Below, piece by piece: positions 1 through 9,258 of a stretch of DNA of 32,000 nt (positions within the stretch are counted from its first letter, which is position 1; each line of letters begins with the position of its first letter). Position numbers and translations under genes: made by a program. The notes beneath the pieces were generated by a model. The model was given only the letters and a program-made list of their open reading frames with translations. It ran no database searches and was not told the origin of the DNA. This DNA comes from Roseiarcus sp. Its GTDB lineage: Bacteria; Pseudomonadota; Alphaproteobacteria; Rhizobiales; Beijerinckiaceae. The stretch is from assembly GCA_050010035.1 (NCBI GenBank), contig JBEKLU010000057.1, positions 1 through 32,000 of the forward strand, written 5' to 3'.

Positions 1-648
1 GAGCGGCGTCAGTTCGTTGCCGGTCACCGTGCCGCCGAGTTTCGCCAAATCGGTTGCCGCCGCCTTTTGCAGCGTATGGCCGAAGGCGTAGTCGGGCGTG
101 ATGAAATGCCACTTCTTGCCGTATCGGCTGAACAGCAGGCTGGAGACCGAATTCGCCTCCATGCTGGTGGTGTTGCAGACGCGGTAGACGTTCCACTTGC
201 AGTCGGGGCCGGTGATCGAGTCGGTGTGGCCGCCCGAAACGATGTGGAGAATCTTCTTTTCGGTGCTGACCTGGGCGATCGCCTGCGCGACGCCCGAATT
301 CACGTCGCCGATCAGGAAGGACACCTGGTCGCGGTCGATCAATTTACGCGCCTTCTGCACGCCGGTGCCGACGTCGTTGGCCGAATCCTCGACCAGCAGT
401 TCGAGCTGACGCCCGAGAACGCCGCCCGCGGCGTTGATCTGACTGACCGCGAGCTTGGCGCCCATCACCTCGTTCTGCGCCACCCCCGCGTAGACGCCGG
501 TCAAGGGATCGATCATGCCGATGCGGATCGGCGTTTCCGCGCGCGCCGCGATGACGAAGGGCGAGGCGACGCTGAGCGCGCCCAGTCCGGCCGCGCCCTT
601 GAGAACCGAACGGCGGTCGAACCGACGAGACGAAAACGGCGCCGCCAT
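1..648 (-). CDS. ABC transporter substrate-binding protein (branched-chain amino acid / LivK-type family), N-terminal part; C-terminus lies off the window
   Basis: My own minus-strand translation from the ATG at 648 gives MAAPFSSRRFDRRSVLKGAAGLGALSVASPFVIAARAETPIRIGMIDPLTGVYAGVAQNEVMGAKLAVSQINAAGGVLGRQLELLVEDSANDVGTGVQKARKLIDRDQVSFLIGDVNSG.... It has a Tat/Sec-like signal (RRFDRRSVLKG) and a GGAGGAG RBS just upstream. It is absent from the ORF track because it runs off the left edge. Confidence 0.8.
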   Translation of the reverse strand, partial: MAAPFSSRRFDRRSVLKGAAGLGALSVASPFVIAARAETPIRIGMIDPLTGVYAGVAQNEVMGAKLAVSQINAAGGVLGRQLELLVEDSANDVGTGVQKARKLIDRDQVSFLIGDVNSGVAQAIAQVSTEKKILHIVSGGHTDSITGPDCKWNVYRVCNTTSMEANSVSSLLFSRYGKKWHFITPDYAFGHTLQKAAATDLAKLGGTVTGNELTPL

Positions 649-775
649 GGAAACTCCTCCCTGAATACGTTGGTCGCGTTTTTCGCCGCCGAGGTTTGGA
701 CATCGCCGCGGCGGCGCCTTCGCGTTCGCCGATATTGCGCATTACTCCCGAGCAAACGCAAGCGGGGCGGCGATC

Positions 776-1939
776 TTATCGCTCGAGTTCGCGCTCTCTG
801 CGGCCGCCGATCCAGACGCCGGCGAGGCCGAGATCGTCGGAGAGGTGGACGAGGTCGGCGCGCAGTCCCGGCGCCAGGCGCCCGATGCGGCCGTCGAGCC
901 GCAAGAGGCGCGCCGGAGTCGACGTCGCCATGCGCAGCGCGTCGGCGAGCGGCAGGCCGAGCGTGGCGACGACGTAGCGCACGGCGTCGAGCATGGTGAT
1001 CGCCGCGCCGGCGAGCGTCCCGTTTTCGTCGACGAGGCGCCCGCCTAAGCGCGTCATGCGCCGCCCCTGCAACGTGAAGACCGGCGGGCCGCCGGCGGCG
1101 GGCGGCATGGCGTCCGAGACGAGCGCCATCCCGCTCGCGCCCTTGGCGTTGAAAGCGGCGCGCATCGCCGCGTCGTGCACGTGATGGCCGTCGGCGATGA
1201 GGCCGCAGACGACATGGGGGTCGGCGAGCGCGGCGCCGACGAGACCGGGCGCCCGCGAAGAGAGCTGGCTCATCGCATTGAAGAGATGCGTCACCGCGCG
1301 CGCTCCCGCCGCAAAGCACGCCTTCGCCTCCTCCGCGCTCGCCTCCGCGTGGCCGAGGCTGACGATCACGCCCGCCGCCGCGAGTCGGGCGATCAGATCG
1401 AGGCCGACGGCCGAGGGCGCCAAAGTCACGACCATCGCGCCCGCCTCAGCCGCGACGAGTTGGTCGGCGTCCTCTTCGCGCATGACGCGCATGAATTCGG
1501 GTCGATGCACGCCCTTGCGCCGCGCATCGATATAGGGGCCCTCGACGTGCACCCCGAACGCGCCCGGCTCGCGGCCAATCGCCTCACGGGCGGCCGCCAG
1601 CGCGGCGGCGAGGACTTCGGGCGCATCGGTGATCACCGTCGGCAGGATGGCGGTCGTTCCCTCGCGCCGATGAGCGCTGGCGATCGCGCCGATCGCCTCG
1701 CGCGTCGGCGTCGCGTTGAACAGCACGCCGCCGCCGCCGTTGACCTGCCAATCGATGAAGCCTGGGGAAAGAACGCCGCCGCCGAGATCGTGTTGCGCGC
1801 CGCCGCGCGGACGCTCCGCGACCGCGGCGATCCCCTGCACGACGCCGTCCTCGACGACGAGCGCGCAATCCTCGCGCGGCGCGGCGCCGTCGAACAGGCG
1901 CGCGCCGTAGAAGACCTGCCGCGCGCTCGCCCCGCTCAT
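776..1939 (-). CDS. nagA: N-acetylglucosamine-6-phosphate deacetylase
   Basis: 387-aa ORF with NagA-type amidohydrolase motifs: GFIDWQVNGGGG, VHVEGPYI, SLGHAEAS, THLFNAMS. Its start overlaps the upstream kinase stop (ATGA at 1936-1939). Confidence 0.9.
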   Translation of the reverse strand: MSGASARQVFYGARLFDGAAPREDCALVVEDGVVQGIAAVAERPRGGAQHDLGGGVLSPGFIDWQVNGGGGVLFNATPTREAIGAIASAHRREGTTAILPTVITDAPEVLAAALAAAREAIGREPGAFGVHVEGPYIDARRKGVHRPEFMRVMREEDADQLVAAEAGAMVVTLAPSAVGLDLIARLAAAGVIVSLGHAEASAEEAKACFAAGARAVTHLFNAMSQLSSRAPGLVGAALADPHVVCGLIADGHHVHDAAMRAAFNAKGASGMALVSDAMPPAAGGPPVFTLQGRRMTRLGGRLVDENGTLAGAAITMLDAVRYVVATLGLPLADALRMATSTPARLLRLDGRIGRLAPGLRADLVHLSDDLGLAGVWIGGRRERELER

Positions 1940-2859
1940 CTTTCGGCGCTCTCGCTCGCCGGCAGAACGCCTCCCGCCAACAGGATCGCGCCGTCGGCGG
2001 CGTCGAACAGCGGCGGGCGCAGCGCCGCCTGCGACGCGGCTTCGAGATAGGGCCGGATCGCCCCGCTCAAGCCGCCGACGATGGCGATGCGTTCGGCGCC
2101 GAGCGCCTCGACGGCGCGGATCAGGGCGTCGACCGCGCGCGCGGCGGCGCGCACGATCGCCAGCGCGATTTCATCGCCCTCGCGAGCGCGCTCGAAGACC
2201 AGCGGCGAGAACGCCCCGTAGCCCGAAGGCTTGGCGCTGATCGCCCATTTGATCGCTACGAGGGGATCGTCGCGAAAGCGTCGCATCACCTCCTGCGTCA
2301 TCGGCGAAGTCGGGCCGAGCCGATCGTGCGCGCGTAAGGCGGCGCGAACGGCGTCGGCGCCGACGCGCGCCGCCGAGCCGTCGTCGCCGATGAGAAAGCC
2401 GCGCCCGCCGATCACGATTTCGCGCCCGCGCACCCGCGCGATCGCCGCCGAGCCGGTGCCGGAGATGACCAGCGCGCCGTCCGCGCCGCCATGGGCGCCC
2501 CGGCACGCCGTCACGGCGTCGTTGGCGGCGCGCACGCCGGCCAACCCCTCGAAGCGCGCTTCGACGCGCTTGGCGTCGTCGGCGCTGGAAAGCCCGGCGA
2601 GGCCGAGACCCAGGGCGAGGCGCGCGCGATCCGCCGCCGCGAGCCCCGCCTTGGCGCAGATCGCGTCGATCTGAGCGCGCCCGGTGGCGATCGCCCCCTC
2701 GAAATCGACGTAGACATTGGCCGCCGGCCCGTCGGCTTCGGCGAGAAATGCGCCGTCGGCGTCGCGAAGGCGCGCCCGGCAGCGCGTCGCGCCGCCGTCG
2801 ACGCCGAGGAAGAAGCGCGGATCGGCCTGCAAGCGATTCCCCCGACGTTCGGTTCGCAA
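1936..2859 (-). CDS. N-acetylglucosamine kinase (BadF/BadG/BcrA/BcrD ATPase family)
   Basis: 307-aa ORF with FLGVDGGATRCRARL (ASKHA phosphate-1 motif) and ISGTGSAA, translationally coupled to nagA. The start is uncertain: TTG at 2859 or TTG at 2832. Confidence 0.8.
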   Translation of the reverse strand: MRTERRGNRLQADPRFFLGVDGGATRCRARLRDADGAFLAEADGPAANVYVDFEGAIATGRAQIDAICAKAGLAAADRARLALGLGLAGLSSADDAKRVEARFEGLAGVRAANDAVTACRGAHGGADGALVISGTGSAAIARVRGREIVIGGRGFLIGDDGSAARVGADAVRAALRAHDRLGPTSPMTQEVMRRFRDDPLVAIKWAISAKPSGYGAFSPLVFERAREGDEIALAIVRAAARAVDALIRAVEALGAERIAIVGGLSGAIRPYLEAASQAALRPPLFDAADGAILLAGGVLPASESAER

Positions 2860-2901
2860 TGGCGGGGCCGTCGCCGGCGCGAACGCCGCGCCCCCGCCCC
2901 C

Positions 2902-4047
2902 TCACGCGAACAGGCTATCCCCTTCGCTCAGGCGCCGCAAATGCGCGTCCATGTCGCCGAAACTCATGTCGATCATCGTCATGCGCTTGAAGAGATGGCC
3001 GAGTTTGTATTCGTAGGTCATGCCGATGCCGCCGTGCAGTTGCGTCGCCTGCTGGCCGATGAAACGGGCGGAGCGGCCGATCTGCGCCTTGGCCGCCGAA
3101 ATGGCCCTGCCCCGCGACGCCGCGTCCTCGTCTCCCGCCGACATCGTCGCCAGCAGCATCATGCTGCGCGCCTGTTCGAGCGCCACCACCATGTCGGCGG
3201 CGCGATGCTGCAACGCCTGGAACGAGCCGATGGGAACGCCGAACTGCTTGCGCGTCTTGAGATAGTCGACGGTGATCTCCTGCGCCTCGCTCATCGCCCC
3301 GACCGCCTCGGCGCACAGCGCCGCGATCGCCTCGTCGACCGCGCGCTCGATCGCCGGCGCGGCGCCCTCGGGATCGCCGACGACGTCGTGCGCTTCGACG
3401 CGCACGTCGGTCAGGGTGATTTCCGCCGCGCGCTGCCCGTCCTGCGTGGCGTAGCCGCGCCGCGCGACTCCGGGGGCGGACGCGTCGACGAGGAACAGGC
3501 CGAGGCCGCCGCGCTCGCGCCGCCCGCCGGCGCTGCGCGCCGAAACGATCAGTTTTTGCGCGCTGTCTCCGTGGATCACCAGCCCCTTCTCGCCGTTGAG
3601 CCTGTAGCCGGCGCCGTCCTTGCGCGCGCTCGAGGCCACGTCGAAGAGGTCCCAGCCCGACTGGCGCTCGCTATGTGCGAAAGCGAGGCGCAGATCGCCC
3701 GACGCGATTGGCGGGACCAGCGCGGCGCGCTGCTCGGCGCTCGCGCCGCGCCTGAGAAGCCCGCCCGCGAGGACGACGGTGGCGAGATACGGCTCCAGCG
3801 CGAGCGCGCGGCCGAACGCCTCCATGATCAGCATCGTCTCGACGGCGCCGCCGCCAAAACCGCCGTCCTCCTCGGCGAAGGGGACGCCGAGCAGGCCGAG
3901 CTCCGCATATTGGCGCCAGAGGTCCTCGCTGAATCCCAGCGGCGTCGCGCGATAGGCCTTGCGGCTCTCAAAACCGTAGCGATCCTTCATCAGCCGCGCG
4001 ACGTTGTCGGCGATGAGGCGCTGTTCCTCGTTGAGATCGAAGTCCAT
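2902..4047 (-). CDS. acyl-CoA dehydrogenase family protein
   Basis: The ORF frame is 2902..4110. The likely start is the ATG at 4047 (MDFDLNEEQRLIADNV...), 5 nt after the upstream ACAD stop. It has typical ACAD N-terminal, middle and C-terminal regions (QLHGGIGMTYEY). Confidence 0.85.
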   Translation of the reverse strand: MDFDLNEEQRLIADNVARLMKDRYGFESRKAYRATPLGFSEDLWRQYAELGLLGVPFAEEDGGFGGGAVETMLIMEAFGRALALEPYLATVVLAGGLLRRGASAEQRAALVPPIASGDLRLAFAHSERQSGWDLFDVASSARKDGAGYRLNGEKGLVIHGDSAQKLIVSARSAGGRRERGGLGLFLVDASAPGVARRGYATQDGQRAAEITLTDVRVEAHDVVGDPEGAAPAIERAVDEAIAALCAEAVGAMSEAQEITVDYLKTRKQFGVPIGSFQALQHRAADMVVALEQARSMMLLATMSAGDEDAASRGRAISAAKAQIGRSARFIGQQATQLHGGIGMTYEYKLGHLFKRMTMIDMSFGDMDAHLRRLSEGDSLFA

Positions 4048-4051
4048 TTCT

Positions 4052-5257
4052 CTAAAGCCCCAGGATCGCCTTGGCGATGATCGAGCGCTGGATTTCGTTC
4101 GACCCGCCATAGATCGAGACCTTGCGCGTGTTGAAATAGCCGGGCGCTATCGTCGCGGCCCAGTCCGGGCCGATCGGCGGCTCGTTCCATCGCTCGCCGT
4201 CCTCGCGCTCCGGCTCGAAAGGCAGCGCATAGGGGCCGACGACGTCCATCAGCAGTTCGGTCGTCGCCTGCTGCAATTCGGAGCCCTTGATCTTGAGCAC
4301 CGAGGAGGTCGGATCGGGCTTGCCCTTCTCGGCCCGCCTCTCTCCCGCGATGACGCGCATCTGCGTCATCTCCAGCGCCTTCAGCTCGACCTCGATCGTC
4401 GCGAGCTTCATGCGGAAGAGGGGATCGGCCATCTTCGGCTGATCGCCGTAGGTCGGCAGCATCGCGAGCTGGCGGATGCGCGCCAGCCGGGCCTTCGATA
4501 TGCCGACCCGCGCGATGCCGTTGCGCTCGTTGCCGAGCAGGAATTTGGCGTAGTCCCAGCCCTTGTTCTCCTTGCCGACGAGATTGTCGAGGGGAACGCG
4601 CACGGCGTCGAAGAACACCTCGTTGACCTCGTAACCGCCGTCGATCGTCTGGATCGGGCGCACCGTCACCCCCGGCGACTTCATGTCGACGAGGAAAAAG
4701 GAAATGCCTTCCTGCTTCTTCACGCCCGGGTCGGTGCGCGCCAGCACGAAGATCCAGTCGGCGTATTGACCGAGCGTCGTCCAGGTCTTCTGGCCCTCGA
4801 TCACCCATTGCCCGCCGTCGCGCCTGGCGGTGGTGCGCAGCCCCGCGAGGTCCGATCCGGCCCCCGGCTCGGAAAAGCCCTGGCACCACCAGTCGCGCAA
4901 ATCGACGATGCGCGGCAGGAAGCGCTCCTTCTGCGCCTGCGAGCCGAAAGTGTAGATCACCGGCCCGACCATGCTGGTGCCGAAGACGAGCGACTCCGGC
5001 GCGTTGGCCTTCTGCAGTTCGTCGTTGAAGATCAGCAGCTTGATCGCGCTCCAGCCCGTGCCGCCCCAGTCGACCGGCCAATGGGGAACCGACCAGCCCT
5101 TGGCGGCGAGGATGCGTGTCCAGCGCACCATGTCGTCCTTGCTGGGATGGCGCCCGGCGGCGATCTTGTCGCGGATTGAGGCGGGCAGCTCGGCGCGCAC
5201 GAAGGCGCGCACCTCCTGGCGAAACGCGATCTCCTCCTCGGTGAAGCGCAAATCCAT
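4052..5257 (-). CDS. acyl-CoA dehydrogenase family protein
   Basis: The ORF frame is 4052..5302. The likely start is the ATG at 5257 (MDLRFTEEEIAFRQEVRAFV...). ACAD-like features include WCQGFSEPGAGSDLA and a C-terminal IYGGSNEIQ. Confidence 0.85.
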   Translation of the reverse strand: MDLRFTEEEIAFRQEVRAFVRAELPASIRDKIAAGRHPSKDDMVRWTRILAAKGWSVPHWPVDWGGTGWSAIKLLIFNDELQKANAPESLVFGTSMVGPVIYTFGSQAQKERFLPRIVDLRDWWCQGFSEPGAGSDLAGLRTTARRDGGQWVIEGQKTWTTLGQYADWIFVLARTDPGVKKQEGISFFLVDMKSPGVTVRPIQTIDGGYEVNEVFFDAVRVPLDNLVGKENKGWDYAKFLLGNERNGIARVGISKARLARIRQLAMLPTYGDQPKMADPLFRMKLATIEVELKALEMTQMRVIAGERRAEKGKPDPTSSVLKIKGSELQQATTELLMDVVGPYALPFEPEREDGERWNEPPIGPDWAATIAPGYFNTRKVSIYGGSNEIQRSIIAKAILGL

Positions 5258-5353
5258 CGCAAGGTCCCTCCTAAGCGCCGCGATCCCTGAGCGCGCCATC
5301 AATTACGAAGGCGGAGGCGCCGTCAACCCTGAGGAGCGCATTGGTGGCGCCGA

Positions 5354-6250
5354 TCATCCGAGAAATTCCACCAGCGTCTGCGCGGTCGCCTCGGGCGCCT
5401 CCTCGGGGAGGAAATGGCCGGCGTCGATGGCATGGCCGCGCACGTCGCGCGCCCAGCGGCGCCAGACGTCGAGCGGGTTCTCGCCTTGCGCCGGCAGCCC
5501 GGCGCCGCCCCACAGCGCCAGCACGGGAATGTCGATCGTGCGGCCGGCGGCGCGGTCGGCTTCGTCATAGGCCCAATCGAGCGTCGCGCCGGCGCGGTAG
5601 TCTTCGCAACAGGCGTGGATGCGCTTCGGTTCGGCGAAGAAGGCGCGATAATGGGCGAGCGCGCGCGGATCGAAGGCGTCGAGGCTCTTCGCCTTGGTCC
5701 AACTGGCCAGCGTATGATCGATGTATTCGCGCCAGGCGCGGCCGATCAGCGTCTCCGGCAGCGGTTCGCTCTGGGCGAGAAACAGCCAGTGATAGACGGC
5801 AAGAGCGCGCGCCGCGCCCATGGAGCGCCACATCTCGGCCGTCGGCACGATGTCGAGGAGGGCGAGCCGGCTTAGCCGCCCAGGATGATCGAGCGCCAGG
5901 CGATAGCCGACGCGCGCGCCGCGGTCGTGCCCGACATAGGCGAACTTGTCGTGCCCGAGCCGGCCCATCGCCGCGACGACGTCGGCCGCCATGACGCGCT
6001 TGGTGTAGGCCGCGCCCTCGGCGCTCGCCGGCGCGTCCGAACTTCCGTAGCCGCGCAGGTCGAGCGCGACGACGGTAAAACGCTCGGCGAGCCGCGGCGC
6101 GATGCGCCACCACTCGACGTGGGTCTGGGGATAGCCGTGCACGAGCACGACCGGCGGCCCCGCCCCGCCGACGCGCGCGAAAATCCTGCCGGCGTCCGTT
6201 TCGAGCCGATGGGTCGCGAAACCGGGGAAGAGATCGGCGAGTTCGGACAC
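5354..6250 (-). CDS. alpha/beta hydrolase (haloacetate dehalogenase / epoxide hydrolase-like)
   Basis: This is the C-terminal 298 aa of the 590-aa track ORF. The proposed start is the GTG at 6250 (VSELADLFPGFATHRLETDAGRIFARVGGAGPPVVLVHGYPQTH), with GAGG 5 nt upstream. It carries the nucleophile motif VGHDRGARV. The remaining upstream part of the track ORF crosses other genes out of frame. Confidence 0.8.
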   Translation of the reverse strand: MSELADLFPGFATHRLETDAGRIFARVGGAGPPVVLVHGYPQTHVEWWRIAPRLAERFTVVALDLRGYGSSDAPASAEGAAYTKRVMAADVVAAMGRLGHDKFAYVGHDRGARVGYRLALDHPGRLSRLALLDIVPTAEMWRSMGAARALAVYHWLFLAQSEPLPETLIGRAWREYIDHTLASWTKAKSLDAFDPRALAHYRAFFAEPKRIHACCEDYRAGATLDWAYDEADRAAGRTIDIPVLALWGGAGLPAQGENPLDVWRRWARDVRGHAIDAGHFLPEEAPEATAQTLVEFLG

Positions 6251-6389
6251 GAAAGCCTCGGCGAAGGACGGTCGGGGGAAGGACGGCGAAGAGGTTACGC
6301 CGATTCCGCCGCGACGGGAATTCTCCGAAACCGCGCGTAGGCGAGCTCGAAGCCGACCTCGAGTCGGACGCCTCGGGCGCGATCGCGCG

Positions 6390-6614
6390 TCAGGGCGGCT
6401 CCTGTTGCGCGTCGGCGCGATATTCGAGGATGTCGCCGGGCTGGCAGTCGAGCGCGGCGCAGATTTTCTCCAGCGTGTCGAAGCGCACGCCTTTGATCTT
6501 GCCGGACTTGAGCAGGGAAACGTTCTGCTCGGCGATGCCGATGCGTTGGGCGAGGTCGCGCGAGCGCATTTTGCGTTTGGCGAGCATGACGTCGAGATTG
6601 ATGATGATCGGCAC
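6390..6614 (-). CDS. small XRE/Cro-type HTH transcriptional regulator (YozG-like)
   Basis: 74 aa: (GTG)PIIINLDVMLAKRKMRSRDLAQRIGIAEQNVSLLKSGKIKGVRFDTLEKICAALDCQPGDILEY. It starts 7 nt after the upstream membrane-protein stop, with GAGG overlapping that stop. Confidence 0.85.
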   Translation of the reverse strand: MPIIINLDVMLAKRKMRSRDLAQRIGIAEQNVSLLKSGKIKGVRFDTLEKICAALDCQPGDILEYRADAQQEPP

Positions 6615-6621
6615 GTCGACC

Positions 6622-7200
6622 TCACAGGATTTGCGCGTGTTCGTCCGCGATTTCCGCGGCGCCCTTGTACACCTGGGCGAGCGCGATGATGATCGCGCCC
6701 ATGAGCAGATTGGAAAAGTCGCCCGCGATGAAGCTGAGCGGCGCGGCGTGCTGATCGGCCGGCAAATGCGCGGTGACGATCACGCCTTCGAGCATCCGGT
6801 AGAGCGGAAACACCGGCACGGCGGCGAGCGTAAAGACGCCCGCCCAGCGCATCCGCAAAGCGGCGGCGACGGTGAAGACTTCGCTGCGCAGGAACCCGCT
6901 GAACAGCCGCCAAATCGCGGCATAGATTGCCAAGTTGATCGCCCACACCGTCGCCAGGGTCAGGGCGAAGCCGAGCCATTTCTGCGTGACGCCGACGTGG
7001 CCGATATCCGTGTGCAGCGTGAATCGCGCCATGTCGGCGATCTTGTCGTCGCTCGTCCAGAAGATCGCGCTCTTGACGAGCAGCCACACCAGCAAAACTA
7101 GGATCATCGCACGCACGGCCTGGCACAGCCAGCCGATCTTATGCAGCAGGGCGTCGCTTGGGATGCTAGACGCCGAGGGGGCGAGGCCGGTCGAACTCAT
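6622..7200 (-). CDS. DUF2975-like multi-pass membrane protein
   Basis: 192 aa with about 4-5 hydrophobic helices, and GGAG before the ATG at 7200. Being followed by a YozG-like HTH is the gene order typical of DUF2975 pairs. Confidence 0.65.
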   Translation of the reverse strand: MSSTGLAPSASSIPSDALLHKIGWLCQAVRAMILVLLVWLLVKSAIFWTSDDKIADMARFTLHTDIGHVGVTQKWLGFALTLATVWAINLAIYAAIWRLFSGFLRSEVFTVAAALRMRWAGVFTLAAVPVFPLYRMLEGVIVTAHLPADQHAAPLSFIAGDFSNLLMGAIIIALAQVYKGAAEIADEHAQIL

Positions 7201-7263
7201 CGGAGGCTCCTTGCGTCGGAAGGGCCGCTGTCAGCGGATGGATTCATCTATAGCATTCACAAT

Positions 7264-7280
7264 TTAATGTCAAACATTAA
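7264..7280. promoter_or_regulatory. perfect 7-3-7 palindrome TTAATGTcaaACATTAA in an AT-rich divergent promoter region (candidate operator of the small HTH)
   Basis: Read directly from the sequence. It lies about 65-80 nt upstream of the DUF2975 start (7200, minus strand), in the only AT-rich patch of the 7201-7458 intergenic region. Confidence 0.45.
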
Positions 7281-7458
7281 TTTTATCGTGATTCGCGTGC
7301 AACCGATGATCCACGCCGGCCGGAACCTCGGTCGCGAAGCCGGATCGAACCGGCCTGCCGACATGTGAAGCAACCGCTTGCGCTCGCGCGGCCGGATCGG
7401 CTAGCGCTGGCGCGCGCCGATCCGCTCGGATCAGGCGCCGAACGGACGGAGCCCGACA

Positions 7459-8670
7459 TTGAAACCGCTCGCCGGCCTGAAAGTCTTGGAGCTCGCGCGC
7501 ATTCTCGCCGGCCCCTGGGCGGGCCAGACGCTCGCCGACCTCGGCGCCGAGGTGATCAAGGTCGAGCGGCCGGGCGCCGGCGACGACACGCGCGGCTGGG
7601 GCCCGCCGTTCGTGGAGGGCGAAAACGGCGAGCGGCTCGACGCCGCCTATTTCCATTCCTGCAATCGCGGCAAGCGCTCGCTCGCGGTCGATTTCGAGCG
7701 ACCCGAGGGCCGCGAGATCGTGCGGCGACTGGCGGCCCGCGCCGACGTGGTGATCGAGAATTTCAAGACTGGCGGGCTCGCCAAGTACGGGCTCGACTAC
7801 GCCAGTCTGAAGCCGCTCAATCCGCGCCTCGTCTATTGCTCGATCACCGGCTTCGGCCACGACGGCCCCTACGCGGCGCGCGCCGGCTACGACTTCATCA
7901 TCCAGGGCATGGGCGGGGTGATGGACCTGACGGGCGAACCCGGCGGCGAGCCGCAGAAGATCGGCGTCGCTTTCGCCGACATCTTCACCGGCGTCTATGC
8001 GGTGGCGGCGATCCAGGCGGCGCTGATCCGCCGTTCGATCACCGGGTTAGGGGGCGAAATCGACATGGCCCTCTTGGACACGCAGGTCAGCGTGCTCGCC
8101 AACCAGGCGCTGAATTTCCTCGTCTCGGGAAAAGCGCCTCGCCGCCTCGGCAACGCCCATCCCAACATCGTGCCCTACCAGGTGTTCGAGGCGGCCGACG
8201 GGCCGCTGATCGTCGCCGCCGGCAACGATCGCCAGACCCGCGACTTCTGCCGCATCCTCGGCCTCGACGCGCTCGCCGCCGATCCCGCTTACGCGACCAA
8301 CGCCGACCGCGTGCGCAATCGGGCGCCATACGTGGCCGCCCTCGCCGCGGCGGCGCGGGCGATGCCGCGCGCGGCGCTGCTCGAAGCGCTGGAATCAGCG
8401 GGCGTGCCGGCCGGGCCGATCAATTCGGTCGCCCAAGTCTTCGCCGACCCGCAAGTGCAAGCGCGTGGGCTACGGCTCGATCTTCCCGCGACGGGCGCAC
8501 GGGGCGGAAGCGCCCCTTCGGTGCGCTCGCCGCTCGTCATCGACGGCGAACCCGCCGCCGCCGAGACCGCCGCGCCGCGCCTGGGCGAGCACACCGACGG
8601 CGTCTTGAGCGAACTGGGCTTGTCGGCGGAAGAAATCGCGGACCTGCGCGCGGCGGGCGCGGTGGCCTAA
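7459..8670 (+). CDS. CaiB/BaiF family (class III) CoA-transferase
   Basis: 403 aa: (TTG)KPLAGLKVLELARILAGPWAGQTLADLGAEVIKVERPGAGDDTRGWGPPF. GGAG lies 7 nt upstream of the TTG start. Confidence 0.88.
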   Translation: MKPLAGLKVLELARILAGPWAGQTLADLGAEVIKVERPGAGDDTRGWGPPFVEGENGERLDAAYFHSCNRGKRSLAVDFERPEGREIVRRLAARADVVIENFKTGGLAKYGLDYASLKPLNPRLVYCSITGFGHDGPYAARAGYDFIIQGMGGVMDLTGEPGGEPQKIGVAFADIFTGVYAVAAIQAALIRRSITGLGGEIDMALLDTQVSVLANQALNFLVSGKAPRRLGNAHPNIVPYQVFEAADGPLIVAAGNDRQTRDFCRILGLDALAADPAYATNADRVRNRAPYVAALAAAARAMPRAALLEALESAGVPAGPINSVAQVFADPQVQARGLRLDLPATGARGGSAPSVRSPLVIDGEPAAAETAAPRLGEHTDGVLSELGLSAEEIADLRAAGAVA

Positions 8671-8674
8671 CCCC

Positions 8675-9172
8675 TCACGCCCCTCGCACCTTCCCGCTCA
8701 CCCCCTCGAACGCCCCCGGCTGCAACTCGCAGTAGAGCAGGCGCTTGGGATCGACCGGGCCGGGCATGACGATGCGGCCGGGCGGCGCGCGCTTGAAGCC
8801 CATGCGCGCGTAATAGGGCTCGTCGCCCACCAGAATCGCCAGTTTCGCGCCCGCCGCCTTGGCCGCTTCGAGCGAACGCGTCACCAGCGCCTCGCCGATG
8901 CCCTGGCTGCGAAACACCGGCTCGACGATCAACGGCCCGAGCAGCAGGGCCGGGCTCGCGCCGACGAGAATCGGCGTCATCGCGTTGGCGCCGACCAGCA
9001 GCGTGCCGACGCGCGCGACGAAGCTCAGCGACAAGTCCGCCGCCGTCGTCTCGCGAATGCGATAGGCGGTGCGCGCGAAGCGGCCCGGCCCGAACACCCG
9101 CTCGTTGAGCCGCAGAATCGATTCGCCGTCGGCGGGCGTCTCCGGTTCGAGGAGCAGCGACAATTCGGTCAT
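8675..9172 (-). CDS. GNAT family N-acetyltransferase
   Basis: 165 aa with the acetyl-CoA motif VEPVFRSQGIGEALV. It is convergent with the CoA-transferase gene. Confidence 0.8.
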   Translation of the reverse strand: MTELSLLLEPETPADGESILRLNERVFGPGRFARTAYRIRETTAADLSLSFVARVGTLLVGANAMTPILVGASPALLLGPLIVEPVFRSQGIGEALVTRSLEAAKAAGAKLAILVGDEPYYARMGFKRAPPGRIVMPGPVDPKRLLYCELQPGAFEGVSGKVRGA

Positions 9173-9258
9173 GGGAGCTTCTTAAGGGACAGGAGGACAG
9201 GCGAGGCGCGCTGTAGCACGGACGCGGCCAGGCCCGGAAGAGCGCGCGCCCTAAGCGC

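Noticed and set aside
6251-7126. N-terminal ~290 aa of the 590-aa ORF 5354..7126
   Set aside because: It crosses the HTH and DUF2975 genes out of frame and is Arg/Pro-rich. The alpha/beta hydrolase domain starts near the GTG at 6250.
7270-7860. 196-aa minus-strand ORF overlapping the CoA-transferase start
   Set aside because: It is antisense to a strongly supported CaiB-family gene and has no recognisable motifs.
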